The notes under the pieces: generated by a model
Database searches by the model: none
What the model saw: only the letters and a program-made list of their open reading frames with translations
Told to the model about the DNA's origin: nothing
Source of the DNA: an uncultured Alphaproteobacteria bacterium
GTDB taxonomy: Bacteria > Pseudomonadota > Alphaproteobacteria > RF32 > CAG-239
DNA length: 64,000 nucleotides
Direction of reading: 5' to 3'
Assembly: GCA_944393715.1 (NCBI GenBank)
Contig: CALYBB010000036.1
Coordinates: forward strand, 13,270 to 77,269
In this document: positions 29,480-39,870 of the stretch, piece by piece
Layout of the letters: the number at the start of each line of letters is the position of its first letter
Position numbering within the stretch: position 1 is the first letter of the stretch
Made by a program: the position numbers and the translations under genes

Positions 29480-31909
29480 TTACAAACAGCCGTGCGTTTC
29501 TTTTGCATAGCGGGCATAACATTTGTAAAAATGGTTAAGCCCCTGCTGTACGGCATAATTAACGCTTTTTTTCGGATAGTTGCCATTTTTGTCAGCGGTT
29601 CCGGCCTTGATTCCGGTCAAGATTTCAATACCATCGTCAACCGTATCCACGGCATAAATATTAAACTTTCCTTCTTCAACCGCCTGAACGACATCTTCGC
29701 GCAACATCAAATCCGCCACGTTGGTCCGCGGAATAATCACTCCTTGATCGCCGGTCAGTCCCTGATGCTGGCAGACATCAAAAAAGCCTTCGATTTTTTC
29801 ATTAACGCCGCCAATCGGCTGAACCTCTCCAAATTGGTTAATTGATCCGGTTACGGCAATATTTTGTTTAATTGGGATTCCAGATATTGCCGAAAGCAGA
29901 CAGTAGTATTCGGTTGAAGAGGCGCTGTCGCCGTCCACCCCGCCGTAAGACTGTTCAAACACGATTGACGCGGTTAAAGACAGAGGACAATATTTGGCAA
30001 ACCTGTTAGAAAGCAAACTCTCTAAAATCAAAACACCTTTACTATGAATCGGTCCGCTCATTTCAACTTCGCGTTCAATATTAATAAACTCGCCCTTGCC
30101 GATCCTGACCTGAGCCGTAATCCGCGCCGGTTTGCCAAAGCTGGTTCGTGAAAAATTATAAACCACCAAGCCGTTAATTTGGCCGACTTTTTTGCCCTTT
30201 ATATCAATCAAAATCGTTCCTTTGTCGATTTGTTCCAACATCGCATCTTTAATTCGGCCGCTGCGATAAATTTGAGCATTAATGGCCTGATCAATATGAT
30301 TTTTCCCGATATGGTTTGATTTTGACTTGCGTGCCCAATAATCAGCCTCGCGCAGCAAATCGCCGATGGAAGAAATATGTGCGGTCAATTTTTCCGAACT
30401 TTCGGCCAGTCGCGACGAATATTCAATAACTTTAGCCACCGCCTGACGGTTGAGCGAGCGCAAATGTTTTTTCTTGGACAGAGACCCGATAAGCTTAGCA
30501 TATTCAATCTCGTTTTCTTTGTTGCGATCCATCAAAATGCCGAAATCGGCCTCAACCTTGAAGTAGTCCGAAAAATCCGGATCTTTCTCGCTCAGGAGTT
30601 CATAAAGATCAGCGTCGCCGGTCAAAATAATCTTAACGCGCAGAGGTATCGGCTGCGGATCAAGCGAGATAGTGGTAAAAGAGGTTTCTTCGCTCGGTGC
30701 CTCAATCTTTATAAGTTTTGAAGCAATGGCGCGTTTGAGTGAATCCCAGGCAAACGGCTGCATCAACATTTTGCGTGCGTCAATCAACAAAAAGCCGCCA
30801 TTAGCTTGATGCAGGGCGCCGGCCTTAATTAAGGTAAAATCCGTCAACAAAGCACCGTATTGCTGGATTCTTTCAACCTTACCGACCAAATTGCCTTGTG
30901 TCGGATGATCAAGATGGATGATTGGCGCGCCGGATCCCGGTTCATTTTTAACAATAACGTTAACCTTAAATTTTGCATATTTGTCTTCTTCCGGTTGTTT
31001 TATTTTTGATAACAGGGCGCTTAAAGGATCTTCGCCTTCGGTCGGAGTGGATGATTCGGCGGAGGGCAAGAATTCTTCAACATTTTCCAAAATATATTTT
31101 TGAATACGTTTCAAAAAGCCATTAGCCTGTTTATGCCCCTTGTACTTGGCATGAAGTTCGTCAATCGGCCCTTTGACAGCTTCTTTAAGAAAACGAAGGC
31201 GCAGCCGAGTGGTTTCGTCGCGTTGCTTATCCTCCCATGCCGGCAGATCTTGTGCCGAATTTTCGATTTCGGCTTGCATTTGGTTTAAGTCTTCAATCAG
31301 CTGTTTTTTCTCGTTCTCAGGCAATTCTTCAAAGGCTTCCGGACTCAGAACCTCGCCGTTTTTGACCGGTGCCACCACCAACCCAACCGGCATATGCAAG
31401 AGAGAGACGCTTTTGCCTTTTGCCTTTTTTTGCAGCATTTTAATATATTTTTCCTTGGACTGCTTGTATTTTTCCTGAATGATGTTCAGGCCGGCTTTGT
31501 ATTCATCGCTCTCAAAAATGGCCGGAATGGCAGCGGCAAAATTTTCAATCAATTTATCAATATCTTTAGCAAAATCGGTCGCTGTACCGGCCGGAAAAGA
31601 TATCGCCAGAGGTTTATACGGCTCGTCAAAATTATAAACATAAGCCCAATCATCAGGGGTGGGGCGTTTTTTTGCCTCTTTGGCAAGCACTCTTTTGACC
31701 AGAGAACTCTTGCCGGTTCCTTCGGGGCCTAAGCAAAACAGATTATAACCTTTTGACTGGATGTTAATTCCTATTTCAACGGCAGCCAACGCCCTGTCTT
31801 GCCCCAATGCCGAAAGCCGCTCCTCCAGCTCGGCAGTGGAAGAAAACGTGAATTTTTGCGGATCGCATCGGGCATATAATTGATCTGGATGCAGTTTGGA
31901 AATGCTCAT
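29480..31909 (-). CDS. Lon-like (LonB/COG1067-type) AAA protease family protein
   Basis: Walker A GPEGTGKSS, and a C-terminal Lon protease domain (GGVDGDSASSTEY ... GGVNEKIEG, a Ser-Lys dyad). Start trimmed to MSISKLHPDQ at 31909; the track start is 31957. Confidence 0.8.
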   Translation of the reverse strand: MSISKLHPDQLYARCDPQKFTFSSTAELEERLSALGQDRALAAVEIGINIQSKGYNLFCLGPEGTGKSSLVKRVLAKEAKKRPTPDDWAYVYNFDEPYKPLAISFPAGTATDFAKDIDKLIENFAAAIPAIFESDEYKAGLNIIQEKYKQSKEKYIKMLQKKAKGKSVSLLHMPVGLVVAPVKNGEVLSPEAFEELPENEKKQLIEDLNQMQAEIENSAQDLPAWEDKQRDETTRLRLRFLKEAVKGPIDELHAKYKGHKQANGFLKRIQKYILENVEEFLPSAESSTPTEGEDPLSALLSKIKQPEEDKYAKFKVNVIVKNEPGSGAPIIHLDHPTQGNLVGKVERIQQYGALLTDFTLIKAGALHQANGGFLLIDARKMLMQPFAWDSLKRAIASKLIKIEAPSEETSFTTISLDPQPIPLRVKIILTGDADLYELLSEKDPDFSDYFKVEADFGILMDRNKENEIEYAKLIGSLSKKKHLRSLNRQAVAKVIEYSSRLAESSEKLTAHISSIGDLLREADYWARKSKSNHIGKNHIDQAINAQIYRSGRIKDAMLEQIDKGTILIDIKGKKVGQINGLVVYNFSRTSFGKPARITAQVRIGKGEFINIEREVEMSGPIHSKGVLILESLLSNRFAKYCPLSLTASIVFEQSYGGVDGDSASSTEYYCLLSAISGIPIKQNIAVTGSINQFGEVQPIGGVNEKIEGFFDVCQHQGLTGDQGVIIPRTNVADLMLREDVVQAVEEGKFNIYAVDTVDDGIEILTGIKAGTADKNGNYPKKSVNYAVQQGLNHFYKCYARYAKETHGCL

Positions 31910-32001
31910 GATAAAAACCCCTGTCATATTAAATTTTTGGTAAACTATTACCAGCATAATAAAACCATAAAAACTAATTTTGAGTAAAGAAATATGTTCT
32001 G

Positions 32002-33414
32002 ATGCGATATTTGATTCTGATTTTTATTACCTGTTTTTTTATTGCCGCGATAATCTGGATCGGCATTAAGTTAGCCATGCTGCGGCGTCAGGTTTGGCAA
32101 AAAATCATTAGCCGAGACATAGTCAAAGGTTCTTTTTTTTCAACACCGGTATTGCAACAACTTGTGTATTTTATTTTTCGTTGCCGCAGCGCCTATAGAG
32201 CGCGACTGCTCAAAGAGGCTCAAACAGGAAAATATAAAAAGTTAATATCCGAAATAACAGATCCCATGCTGTGCGATAAACTTCGTCTGATGATATACGG
32301 CAAAGCCAATCCCGATTCCAAACACGACGCCTTGTACTATCTGTTGCAAGGCGAGATTTTTTGGCGGCAATGCCTTTATGACAAAGCTTTTGAGATGTTA
32401 AACAAAATCAAAGATGTTCGTTTATCTCCTTCGTTGCACGCGCTGCGTTCTTTGTTGACGGCAAGAATTGCCCTATATGAAGGAGATTTGCAAACAGCTT
32501 CTCTTGCGGCGGCTCAAAGTCTGAAAATTTTTCGACGGAAAAACTGGTTGTTTGAAGAAGCTTCAGTATATTTCTTACAGGGAATAATTTACCGCATTAG
32601 CGGTGTTTTTGATACTTCAGAGATCATGTTGCGATCAGCCTTAAAGCTATATCAATCGATTTTTGCCGCCAAATATGAGGCAGAAACAATGAATGAGTTA
32701 GCTTCATTGTTATCTTTGCAGGGGCGGTTTGCCGAAGCGGATGACTATTTAACTCAGGCGGCAAAAATTTTCATCGCAATCGGAGATAAGGAAAATTATT
32801 ATTTTGTCATAAGTCATCAGGCAATGACGGCGTTACAACGCGGTGATCTGGAACAAACCTTTCGTCTGGCGCGTCAGGCAGCCGAAGGACACCGCCGGAA
32901 GGCAGGCCGTGCATTGGCCGAAGAAATTTTGGCTCGAGCTTGTTTCGCTGACAAAAAATGGAAAAATGCAGCCCAAACAGCGGCTGCCGCTGCCGAAAAA
33001 TATTTTCATAACCAAAATTTTTCGGCTGGTTTTGAAAGCCTTTATTTGTCGGCAGAAGCTTTGTTTCAACTTCAGGATTTTACATCGGCTGAGCTTATTT
33101 TACGAAAGATTATCCGTAAAGAAACAAAACACCGTTGCTGTTTTCATGTCGCCAATGCCTATACGCTTTTGGGTTTAATTCTGCTGCAAAAAGGGCAAAC
33201 AAAGCGCGCCCGAACTCTGTTTAATCAGGCTTTAAAATATGAGTTTTCAAACGACCGCAATATAGGAATAGCCGTTGACTATGCTAATTTAGCCGTAGCT
33301 GAAAAAAAATGCGGCAATCTCGAGGCTTTTTACAAAAATCTTGAGGCAGCTCTTGCTTATGCTCAGACGGTGGATGATGACTTATACAACAGGCTTAAGA
33401 ATTATCTGGATTAA
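32002..33414 (+). CDS. Membrane-anchored TPR-repeat protein
   Basis: N-terminal TM segment (LILIFITCFFIAAIIWIGIKLAML), then repeated about 34-aa helical A/L/Y-rich units (..AxxxYxxALxxxP-like). Confidence 0.6.
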   Translation: MRYLILIFITCFFIAAIIWIGIKLAMLRRQVWQKIISRDIVKGSFFSTPVLQQLVYFIFRCRSAYRARLLKEAQTGKYKKLISEITDPMLCDKLRLMIYGKANPDSKHDALYYLLQGEIFWRQCLYDKAFEMLNKIKDVRLSPSLHALRSLLTARIALYEGDLQTASLAAAQSLKIFRRKNWLFEEASVYFLQGIIYRISGVFDTSEIMLRSALKLYQSIFAAKYEAETMNELASLLSLQGRFAEADDYLTQAAKIFIAIGDKENYYFVISHQAMTALQRGDLEQTFRLARQAAEGHRRKAGRALAEEILARACFADKKWKNAAQTAAAAAEKYFHNQNFSAGFESLYLSAEALFQLQDFTSAELILRKIIRKETKHRCCFHVANAYTLLGLILLQKGQTKRARTLFNQALKYEFSNDRNIGIAVDYANLAVAEKKCGNLEAFYKNLEAALAYAQTVDDDLYNRLKNYLD

Positions 33415-34168
33415 AAGAACCGTTAATCCGGACAATTTTTTTGCCGTCTTTTTCCTCAATGCAAATATCCGAGATTCCCATTTCCTTGAAGCCCAAAACA
33501 TAGAAACTTGGAGTAGAAAAAATATTATAAGGAGAATTTTTTGTAAACAACAGCCGGTTTTTAACGGATAAGCCGGAAATCTTCATAAATTGTTTAAATG
33601 ATTTATTCCAAGAAGAAATGCCAAATTCGCCAAAAATAATAACAGGATTATCTTGCGTCAGCATAAAATCACGCAAATTTCCAAATATTATGGGATATTC
33701 GTCATCTTGTGCCTGTCGAAAATCAACCATGACCAAAGTTATTGGCGTAGCATAATTCAAAACAACATAAGGTGCGGTATAATGATGATTAATAATAACC
33801 GAACCGGCAGAAATAACATTGGCATCCGCACTGCCAAGCAAAGGCTTTCCTTCAGGAACAAAAGCAAAGGTAAGAGCTTGCTTGCCATTAAAATCATCGG
33901 ACAAAAAAATGTTTGTCGAAGAAGATAAAACCGTGAAATTAATCAGCAAAAGAAGGCCAAAAAATAAAACAGCCCTGTATTTTCGGCGCCACAAAGCGCC
34001 AAACATTAATACGCCGGACAAACAATATAAATGAAACAAATTAAAAAAGCCGGCATAATCCTTGGCATCGGCAAAGTTTCTGGCCGTAAAAAGAGCAAGA
34101 ATAACGGCGGTCGTCCAAAAGAAAATATTTTCTCGTGTTTGGCGTTTTTTTTGGCTTAAGTAACCCAT
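33395..34168 (-). CDS. Membrane protein with a degenerate endonuclease/exonuclease/phosphatase-like C-terminal domain
   Basis: Three N-terminal TM segments. PVIIFGEFGISSWN resembles the EEP motif P-x-I-x-x-GDFN-x-x-PWS, but with D->E and N->G substitutions. Confidence 0.35.
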   Translation of the reverse strand: MGYLSQKKRQTRENIFFWTTAVILALFTARNFADAKDYAGFFNLFHLYCLSGVLMFGALWRRKYRAVLFFGLLLLINFTVLSSSTNIFLSDDFNGKQALTFAFVPEGKPLLGSADANVISAGSVIINHHYTAPYVVLNYATPITLVMVDFRQAQDDEYPIIFGNLRDFMLTQDNPVIIFGEFGISSWNKSFKQFMKISGLSVKNRLLFTKNSPYNIFSTPSFYVLGFKEMGISDICIEEKDGKKIVRINGSFNPDNS

Positions 34169-34251
34169 TGTTAATTTGTTTGTATTAAGTTAAATATCGC
34201 AACCAAACCCATTATAGGACAAAAAAATTTTTTGTAAATGGTTGAGAATAA

Positions 34252-35610
34252 ATGATGGAACAATTTGGATCTTTAGATATTTGGGCGACGCTTTCTCTGA
34301 AAGCCGATTTTTTGGCGCAGGCATTCAATGCATATTTATCCGGCACGGGCAGTCTCAAGGCTGTTTCACTGGTTTTGATGATGCTAGCATTGCTTTTATT
34401 TTTGTTTTTGATTGTTATTATTTACGTTCGCAATATCATTTTTTTCATCAAAAGCAACAATCCGCAAAAAAATCTTGAAAAAGATGACACAGGGGAAGAA
34501 GACGTCATAAATTTGTTTAATAACGAAGAACAGCAAGAATTAGAAAGGGAGTTACAAAAGGAATTGGATTTGGCCTTGGCTCAAAGACGGGAAAAAGAAA
34601 AAAAAGACGAGGAGGCGCAAAAAAAAGAAAAATCCGAACCCCAAAAAAACAAAAAAGATGACGCTGAAGAAACTAAAAAAGAAAAAAATATCTATTCCCG
34701 CAGCAAAGAACCGGTAATAGATTTAGATTGGCAAAAAGGGCGCATCCCGCCGGCAGAATTATCAACGGCATCTGCGATAGATGCGGCAGCCTTGTCCTAC
34801 AATCAAAGCCGAAAAGAGCTGAGCCAGCTCCTTGGCTTGGTAATGGACATGCTTGGCAGGGGTGTTGATGATCTTAAAATTGCGCAGACGGTCAACTATA
34901 AAAGTCAGGGTATGGCCGATGAAAACGAGATTCTGAAGATTATTGATGCGGTTAAAAGTTTTATCAGTATTTGCATCTCCGGAAAATTTTCACGGCTTGA
35001 ACGATATTCCGAACTCCCTGGTGAAGAACAAGCCTTGCTCCATTTGGCCAATGGCGATCCGTCGCCGGCTCTAGCTTTGCTTGAAAAATTAATGGATGAA
35101 AATATCGATCGTGCCAATAACTCATCTTCAGAAGAAAAACGCCAACAGATATACCGTGATGTTTCGGGTTATGCTTGTTGTTTTGGTTCTTTGTCCGAAA
35201 TTAATGATATTATGCTGGCAACTTCCGCCTATGAATTAGCGGTTGAGCTTATGTCTTCAAATGTTGTGGCTTGGAGCCGCCTTGGCGATGTTTATCAAAA
35301 AGCTAATTCAACGTCAAAAGCCGTCTGGGCCTATCAAAATGTGCTTGATTTTGCTGACGGAGAAATAGATGTTGCCGAAATCGCCAATGCCAGCAGACAT
35401 TTGTCCGAACATCTTTATGCTGGCGGAAACAGTTTGCAGGCAGCCAAATTATACAACAGCGCCAAACAATACTATGATTCATTGGGTATTAATCGTCGGT
35501 TAGACAAACAAGAATTAGATATCATAGATATTATAGAAAATAATCAAGAATCCTCATTGTCCGAGACCATCAAGAAACTGTTAACCCCCGTAAAAAACAA
35601 CAGAATCTAA
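34252..35610 (+). CDS. Membrane-anchored hypothetical protein with a K/E-rich linker and TPR-like C-terminus
   Basis: TM segment (AVSLVLMMLALLLFLFLIVIIYV), a charged tract (REKEKKDEEAQKKEKSEPQKNKKDDAEETKKEK), and helical repeats (AWSRLGDVYQKANSTSKAVWAYQNVLD). Confidence 0.5.
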   Translation: MMEQFGSLDIWATLSLKADFLAQAFNAYLSGTGSLKAVSLVLMMLALLLFLFLIVIIYVRNIIFFIKSNNPQKNLEKDDTGEEDVINLFNNEEQQELERELQKELDLALAQRREKEKKDEEAQKKEKSEPQKNKKDDAEETKKEKNIYSRSKEPVIDLDWQKGRIPPAELSTASAIDAAALSYNQSRKELSQLLGLVMDMLGRGVDDLKIAQTVNYKSQGMADENEILKIIDAVKSFISICISGKFSRLERYSELPGEEQALLHLANGDPSPALALLEKLMDENIDRANNSSSEEKRQQIYRDVSGYACCFGSLSEINDIMLATSAYELAVELMSSNVVAWSRLGDVYQKANSTSKAVWAYQNVLDFADGEIDVAEIANASRHLSEHLYAGGNSLQAAKLYNSAKQYYDSLGINRRLDKQELDIIDIIENNQESSLSETIKKLLTPVKNNRI

Positions 35611-36686
35611 ACTTGCCGTGCCTCAAAGTCGATTCGCGGATCAATCAGGCAATAGGTGATATCTGAAATCAATTTTAAAACCAAACCGATAAGAGCAAAA
35701 ATATACATCGTTCCAAAAATAACGGGATAATCACGTGTCATGATGGCCTCATATCCCAAAAGCCCAATACCGTTCAGAGAAAAAATAACCTCAATCAACA
35801 GTGATCCGGTAAACAGCATTTTAATCAGCAACGACGGAAAACCGGCAATGACAACCAACATGGCGTTGCGAAAAATATGTCCGTAAAGTACCCGATTCTG
35901 GCTCAACCCCTTAGCACGAGCGGTCAACACATAAGGCTTGTTAATCTCGTCCAAAAAAGAATTTTTGGTTAGCATGGTAAGTGAGGCAAAGCCACCGACA
36001 ACCATAGAAAATACCGGCAGGGTAATATGCCAAAAGTAGTCGCCGATTTTTGCGCCGAAAGATAAATCATTCCAGTTGTCAGATGTCAGGCCGTGCAATG
36101 GAAACCAGCTTAAATATGTTCCGCCGGCAAAAAAGACAATCAAAAAAACCGCAAACAAAAACACCGGAATGGCCGAGCCGATAACAACGACAAAAGACGT
36201 TGTTACGTCAAATTTAGAGCCATCATAAACCGCTTTACGAATACCGAGCGGAATGGCAATCAAATAAATGATCAGTGTCGACCACAATCCGAGTGAAATT
36301 GAAACCGGCATCCTTTCCCAAATGAGCTGGGCAACGGTTTTATCCCGATAAAAGCTTTTTCCGAAGTCAAAAGATGCATAATCTTTTACCATTTTTATAA
36401 AACGAATATACGCAGGCTTATCAAATCCAAATTGTTTTTCAAGTTCCTTAACCAAATCTTCCGGAACACCAGAAGCACCTTTGTAGCGGCTTCCGCCACT
36501 TTCCATTCTGGCGGCGCCGCTTCCGGAAATCATGCCGGTCGTTTCGGTGTTCATACCGCGGTATTTTGCCAAAACATATTCGACGGGACCTCCTGGCGCA
36601 AATTGAACGATAATAAAATTAAGGGCTAAAATTCCCAAAAGCGTAATGGGTATCAACGCGAGTCTTTTGATGATGTAACGACGCAT
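35607..36686 (-). CDS. yejB: ABC transporter permease, YejB/OppB-like
   Basis: MRRYIIKRLALIPITLLGILALNFIIVQFAPGGPVE is a typical YejB N-terminus. The ATG at 36686 is preceded by GAGGAG. Confidence 0.85.
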   Translation of the reverse strand: MRRYIIKRLALIPITLLGILALNFIIVQFAPGGPVEYVLAKYRGMNTETTGMISGSGAARMESGGSRYKGASGVPEDLVKELEKQFGFDKPAYIRFIKMVKDYASFDFGKSFYRDKTVAQLIWERMPVSISLGLWSTLIIYLIAIPLGIRKAVYDGSKFDVTTSFVVVIGSAIPVFLFAVFLIVFFAGGTYLSWFPLHGLTSDNWNDLSFGAKIGDYFWHITLPVFSMVVGGFASLTMLTKNSFLDEINKPYVLTARAKGLSQNRVLYGHIFRNAMLVVIAGFPSLLIKMLFTGSLLIEVIFSLNGIGLLGYEAIMTRDYPVIFGTMYIFALIGLVLKLISDITYCLIDPRIDFEARQV

Positions 36687-36690
36687 ATTC

Positions 36691-38511
36691 TTACTCCTCA
36701 AGCCACCAACTGTGGATATTTACGCCTGTTTTTATGTTTGTTTTTTTGTGCTTCAGCCGTTTGTTATAAGCAATTCTTTGGGCTGGTGAAAACCATTGCG
36801 GAATAAAATAATGCTCCTGCATGATAACCCTGTCCAGTGCTCTGACATAAGCCAGATAATCCTTAGTCTCTTTGGCGTTGATTAATCCGTTAATAATCGT
36901 ATCGACCGCCGTGCTTTGCACGCCAAGGATATTAAAAGATCCTTTGACATCCGCAGACTGAGACCCCCACATTTCTTTTTGTTCATTGCCGGGCATATTG
37001 CTCAGCTGATAAGCAAGAATAGCCATCTCAAATTCAAAATTATCCAGCCTGTTCTTAAATATATTAACCTCTAAATTACGAAAAGTCATTTTAATACCGA
37101 TTTTGCGCAAATTTTCAATAAATGGCAGCATGACTCTGGTAAAAGACGAACCGTTTGATGAGTTGCTCAAAACTTCTATTTCCAAAGGCTCTCCTGTTTC
37201 CAGATTCGTCATCTTGCCGTCAACAAAATCATATCCGGCCGTTTGCAGAAGTTTAACCGCGCGGCGCAGATTCTGCCTTTGTTTTTGGGGCGAGCTGTTA
37301 TCGGGCATAACGATCGGCTCATTAAATATTTTTTCAGGGAGTTGACTGCGAAAAGACTCCAGAATTTTCTTTTCTTTGCCTTCGGGCAATCCTTTGGCCG
37401 CTAAATCGGTATTGCAGAATAAACTGTCCAACCTTTCATATTGATTATAAAAGAGCTTTTCGTTAGCCCATTCAAAATTAAAAGCCAGTCCGATGGCTTC
37501 GCGCACTTTGGCATCAGAAAATTTTTTAAGCCGCGTATTAAAGCCAAAGAATTGCAGTGTGGCCGGATTGTTATGAGGGATTGCTTCTTTGATGATATCA
37601 CCGTTTTGAACCAGTTTATTGTCATAACCGCTGACCCATATTTTAGCAATATATTCCTCACGGGCATCAATATCTCCGGCAAACAGGGCCTGTAAAGTTA
37701 CAGTAGTATCCTGATAAAATTCAAATCTGACGGTATCAAAATTAAAAAAACCGCGCCGTGTCGATAGATCTTTCCCCCAATAATCTGGGCGCCGCTTAAG
37801 CTCGACAAATTTATTGGCTTCAAAATCACCGATAATATAGGGACCGCTGCCTAAGGGCGGAACGAGCATCGGCATCGCAAAATCTTTATGAGCAAAATCT
37901 TTGGCCGAAAAAATTTTAAACTGTGTCAATATCAAAGGCAATTCGCGGTTATTTGAGCCTTGGCGAAAATAAAAGCGCACATGACGGTTATTAATTTTTT
38001 TAACCTTTTCAACATCTTGATAATATATTTTGTAAAGCGGCGCGCCTTTTTCAATTAAAGTGTTAAAGCTAAAAACAACATCGTCTGCCGTCACAGGAGA
38101 GCCGTCAGAAAATTTGGCATCGCCATCCAAAATAAAACCGATAAAAGAGCCGTCTTCCGAAAGCTCAAATTTCTCCGCCAGCAGCGGGTAAGCGGTGGTC
38201 GGATCATCAACCGGCGAATAACCGAGGCTCTCCAGCGTCAGCTCCGCCGCCTCGGCAAAAGCCATTCCTTTGAAAATAAAAGGATTAAAATTATCAAAAT
38301 TTCCGTAAGCAGGCAAAGTTATCTTGCCGCCTTTAGGCGCCTGAGGATTAACATATTCAAAAGCTGAAAAATCGGCGGCATATTTGGGTTCTCCCTGCAA
38401 CGCAAAAGCCTCAACAACAGAAACACCTGCGTTAGCCGGATAAGAAAACAATAAGCACAAAACGCCCAATAAACTATTTTTGATAATTTTCGGCATCTGT
38501 CCATCCGCCAA
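36691..38511 (-). CDS. yejA: ABC transporter substrate-binding protein, family 5 (YejA-like)
   Basis: About 600 aa with a signal peptide (LLGVLCLLFSYPANA) and family-5 SBP features along its length. An alternative start lies at 38496. Confidence 0.8.
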   Translation of the reverse strand: MADGQMPKIIKNSLLGVLCLLFSYPANAGVSVVEAFALQGEPKYAADFSAFEYVNPQAPKGGKITLPAYGNFDNFNPFIFKGMAFAEAAELTLESLGYSPVDDPTTAYPLLAEKFELSEDGSFIGFILDGDAKFSDGSPVTADDVVFSFNTLIEKGAPLYKIYYQDVEKVKKINNRHVRFYFRQGSNNRELPLILTQFKIFSAKDFAHKDFAMPMLVPPLGSGPYIIGDFEANKFVELKRRPDYWGKDLSTRRGFFNFDTVRFEFYQDTTVTLQALFAGDIDAREEYIAKIWVSGYDNKLVQNGDIIKEAIPHNNPATLQFFGFNTRLKKFSDAKVREAIGLAFNFEWANEKLFYNQYERLDSLFCNTDLAAKGLPEGKEKKILESFRSQLPEKIFNEPIVMPDNSSPQKQRQNLRRAVKLLQTAGYDFVDGKMTNLETGEPLEIEVLSNSSNGSSFTRVMLPFIENLRKIGIKMTFRNLEVNIFKNRLDNFEFEMAILAYQLSNMPGNEQKEMWGSQSADVKGSFNILGVQSTAVDTIINGLINAKETKDYLAYVRALDRVIMQEHYFIPQWFSPAQRIAYNKRLKHKKTNIKTGVNIHSWWLEE

Positions 38512-39718
38512 AGGGATAAGTCAGATCCTCTTCATCTTGGACAACGGTTGTATTGTCCATTTTTTTCCATTCCTTTTTCAAAGAATCAAGAGTTTTCTGC
38601 GTTCCCAATTCCGTTGACTGCTGAGAAGCCTGTTGCATCGTCTTGGTCGTTTCGTCTTCTTCGCTTGGCGGCAAATTAAAACTTACTTCTCCTTTGTTTT
38701 CGGAAGAAACTGTTTCCCCTGTTTCAAAAACAGGTTCTTCCTTAACAGGGATTGTTTCGCCGAAACTGCGTTCCAACGCCAGCGAAAAAGCGTCTTTGTC
38801 TAAAGATGTTTCTGTTTGGGTTGTGCTTTTGTCAGACTTAAATTTTTCTAAAAAGGAGTTTATTTTGTTTCCCAGAGCGCCGGAAAGAGGCTCTGTCTTC
38901 TTGAAGGACGGCTCTGGCTGATTGTTATCAACATCAGGCTGGGTATTATTATGGAATAAAGGCTGAGTATTTTTTTCATTAGAAACAAAAACATCTTTTG
39001 TGCGCTGCAGTCCGTCGGCAATCGGTGCCAAAATGGCGAACACTTTGCCAAAAACGCCCGTTTCAATAATTCCGGACAATACACATTCTTTATCGTGCTT
39101 TTCCAAAATACCTAAAAGTGTTTGGTACCTTGCGCAAAATTCCATGATGGTTCCGGCTAGCAACTGGTCATCGCCGGCATCATCAAAAATTTTTTTCTGA
39201 AACGATGGCTGCCGATTATAATTTTCAATCAAAACCTTGCCAAAAGACCATTTCCCGCCATTTTGCACTTTGGTCCAAAGATGTTCTGTTTGTTCGGAAG
39301 AAATCAGGCGTGTCCGTTGCAAAAACTCGCTCAAAAGTTCATTCATATCGGCAATCAACAGTTCAAAGCGGCCAAGAACGAAAGAATCTTTGATGTTTTG
39401 CTCTGTTTCCAACATTATTCTGGCCAAAAGATCAGAATAATCCTGATTCTTCTTCATCTGCGAAAAAAGCTTAAATAATTGCCGGCTGGTCATACGGTTG
39501 TATAAATATTGGTTTACAAAACCAAAAACAAACCAAATCAAAAGAAGAGGCAAACAGATAAACAAAACATATAACAAAACGTTTAATATTCCGGCATCAG
39601 CCAGAGCCATGCCGCTCAAGGCTGAATTAACGAAGCGAAAAGCATAAATCAACCATACGACTGACGAAAAAATGGCTCCGAAAAAAACAAAGGCAACCAT
39701 CCCTATCTCCCAAAACAC
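38474..39718 (-). CDS. Hypothetical membrane protein with an acidic C-terminus
   Basis: Two N-terminal TM segments. I recognised no domain. Confidence 0.5.
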   Translation of the reverse strand: MFWEIGMVAFVFFGAIFSSVVWLIYAFRFVNSALSGMALADAGILNVLLYVLFICLPLLLIWFVFGFVNQYLYNRMTSRQLFKLFSQMKKNQDYSDLLARIMLETEQNIKDSFVLGRFELLIADMNELLSEFLQRTRLISSEQTEHLWTKVQNGGKWSFGKVLIENYNRQPSFQKKIFDDAGDDQLLAGTIMEFCARYQTLLGILEKHDKECVLSGIIETGVFGKVFAILAPIADGLQRTKDVFVSNEKNTQPLFHNNTQPDVDNNQPEPSFKKTEPLSGALGNKINSFLEKFKSDKSTTQTETSLDKDAFSLALERSFGETIPVKEEPVFETGETVSSENKGEVSFNLPPSEEDETTKTMQQASQQSTELGTQKTLDSLKKEWKKMDNTTVVQDEEDLTYPFGGWTDAENYQK

Positions 39719-39870
39719 ATCTCTATAGGATCACATCTTACCTGAAAATAATTGCTTTTCCAATAAAAATCGGCGCTTCTTACACAAAAGAAAAATAACT
39801 TGGCTTTTGCAAGAAAACTGTGCTATAAAAAGCAAAAAAGAATTTCATTTGTCAGATAAAGAGAAAGCTA

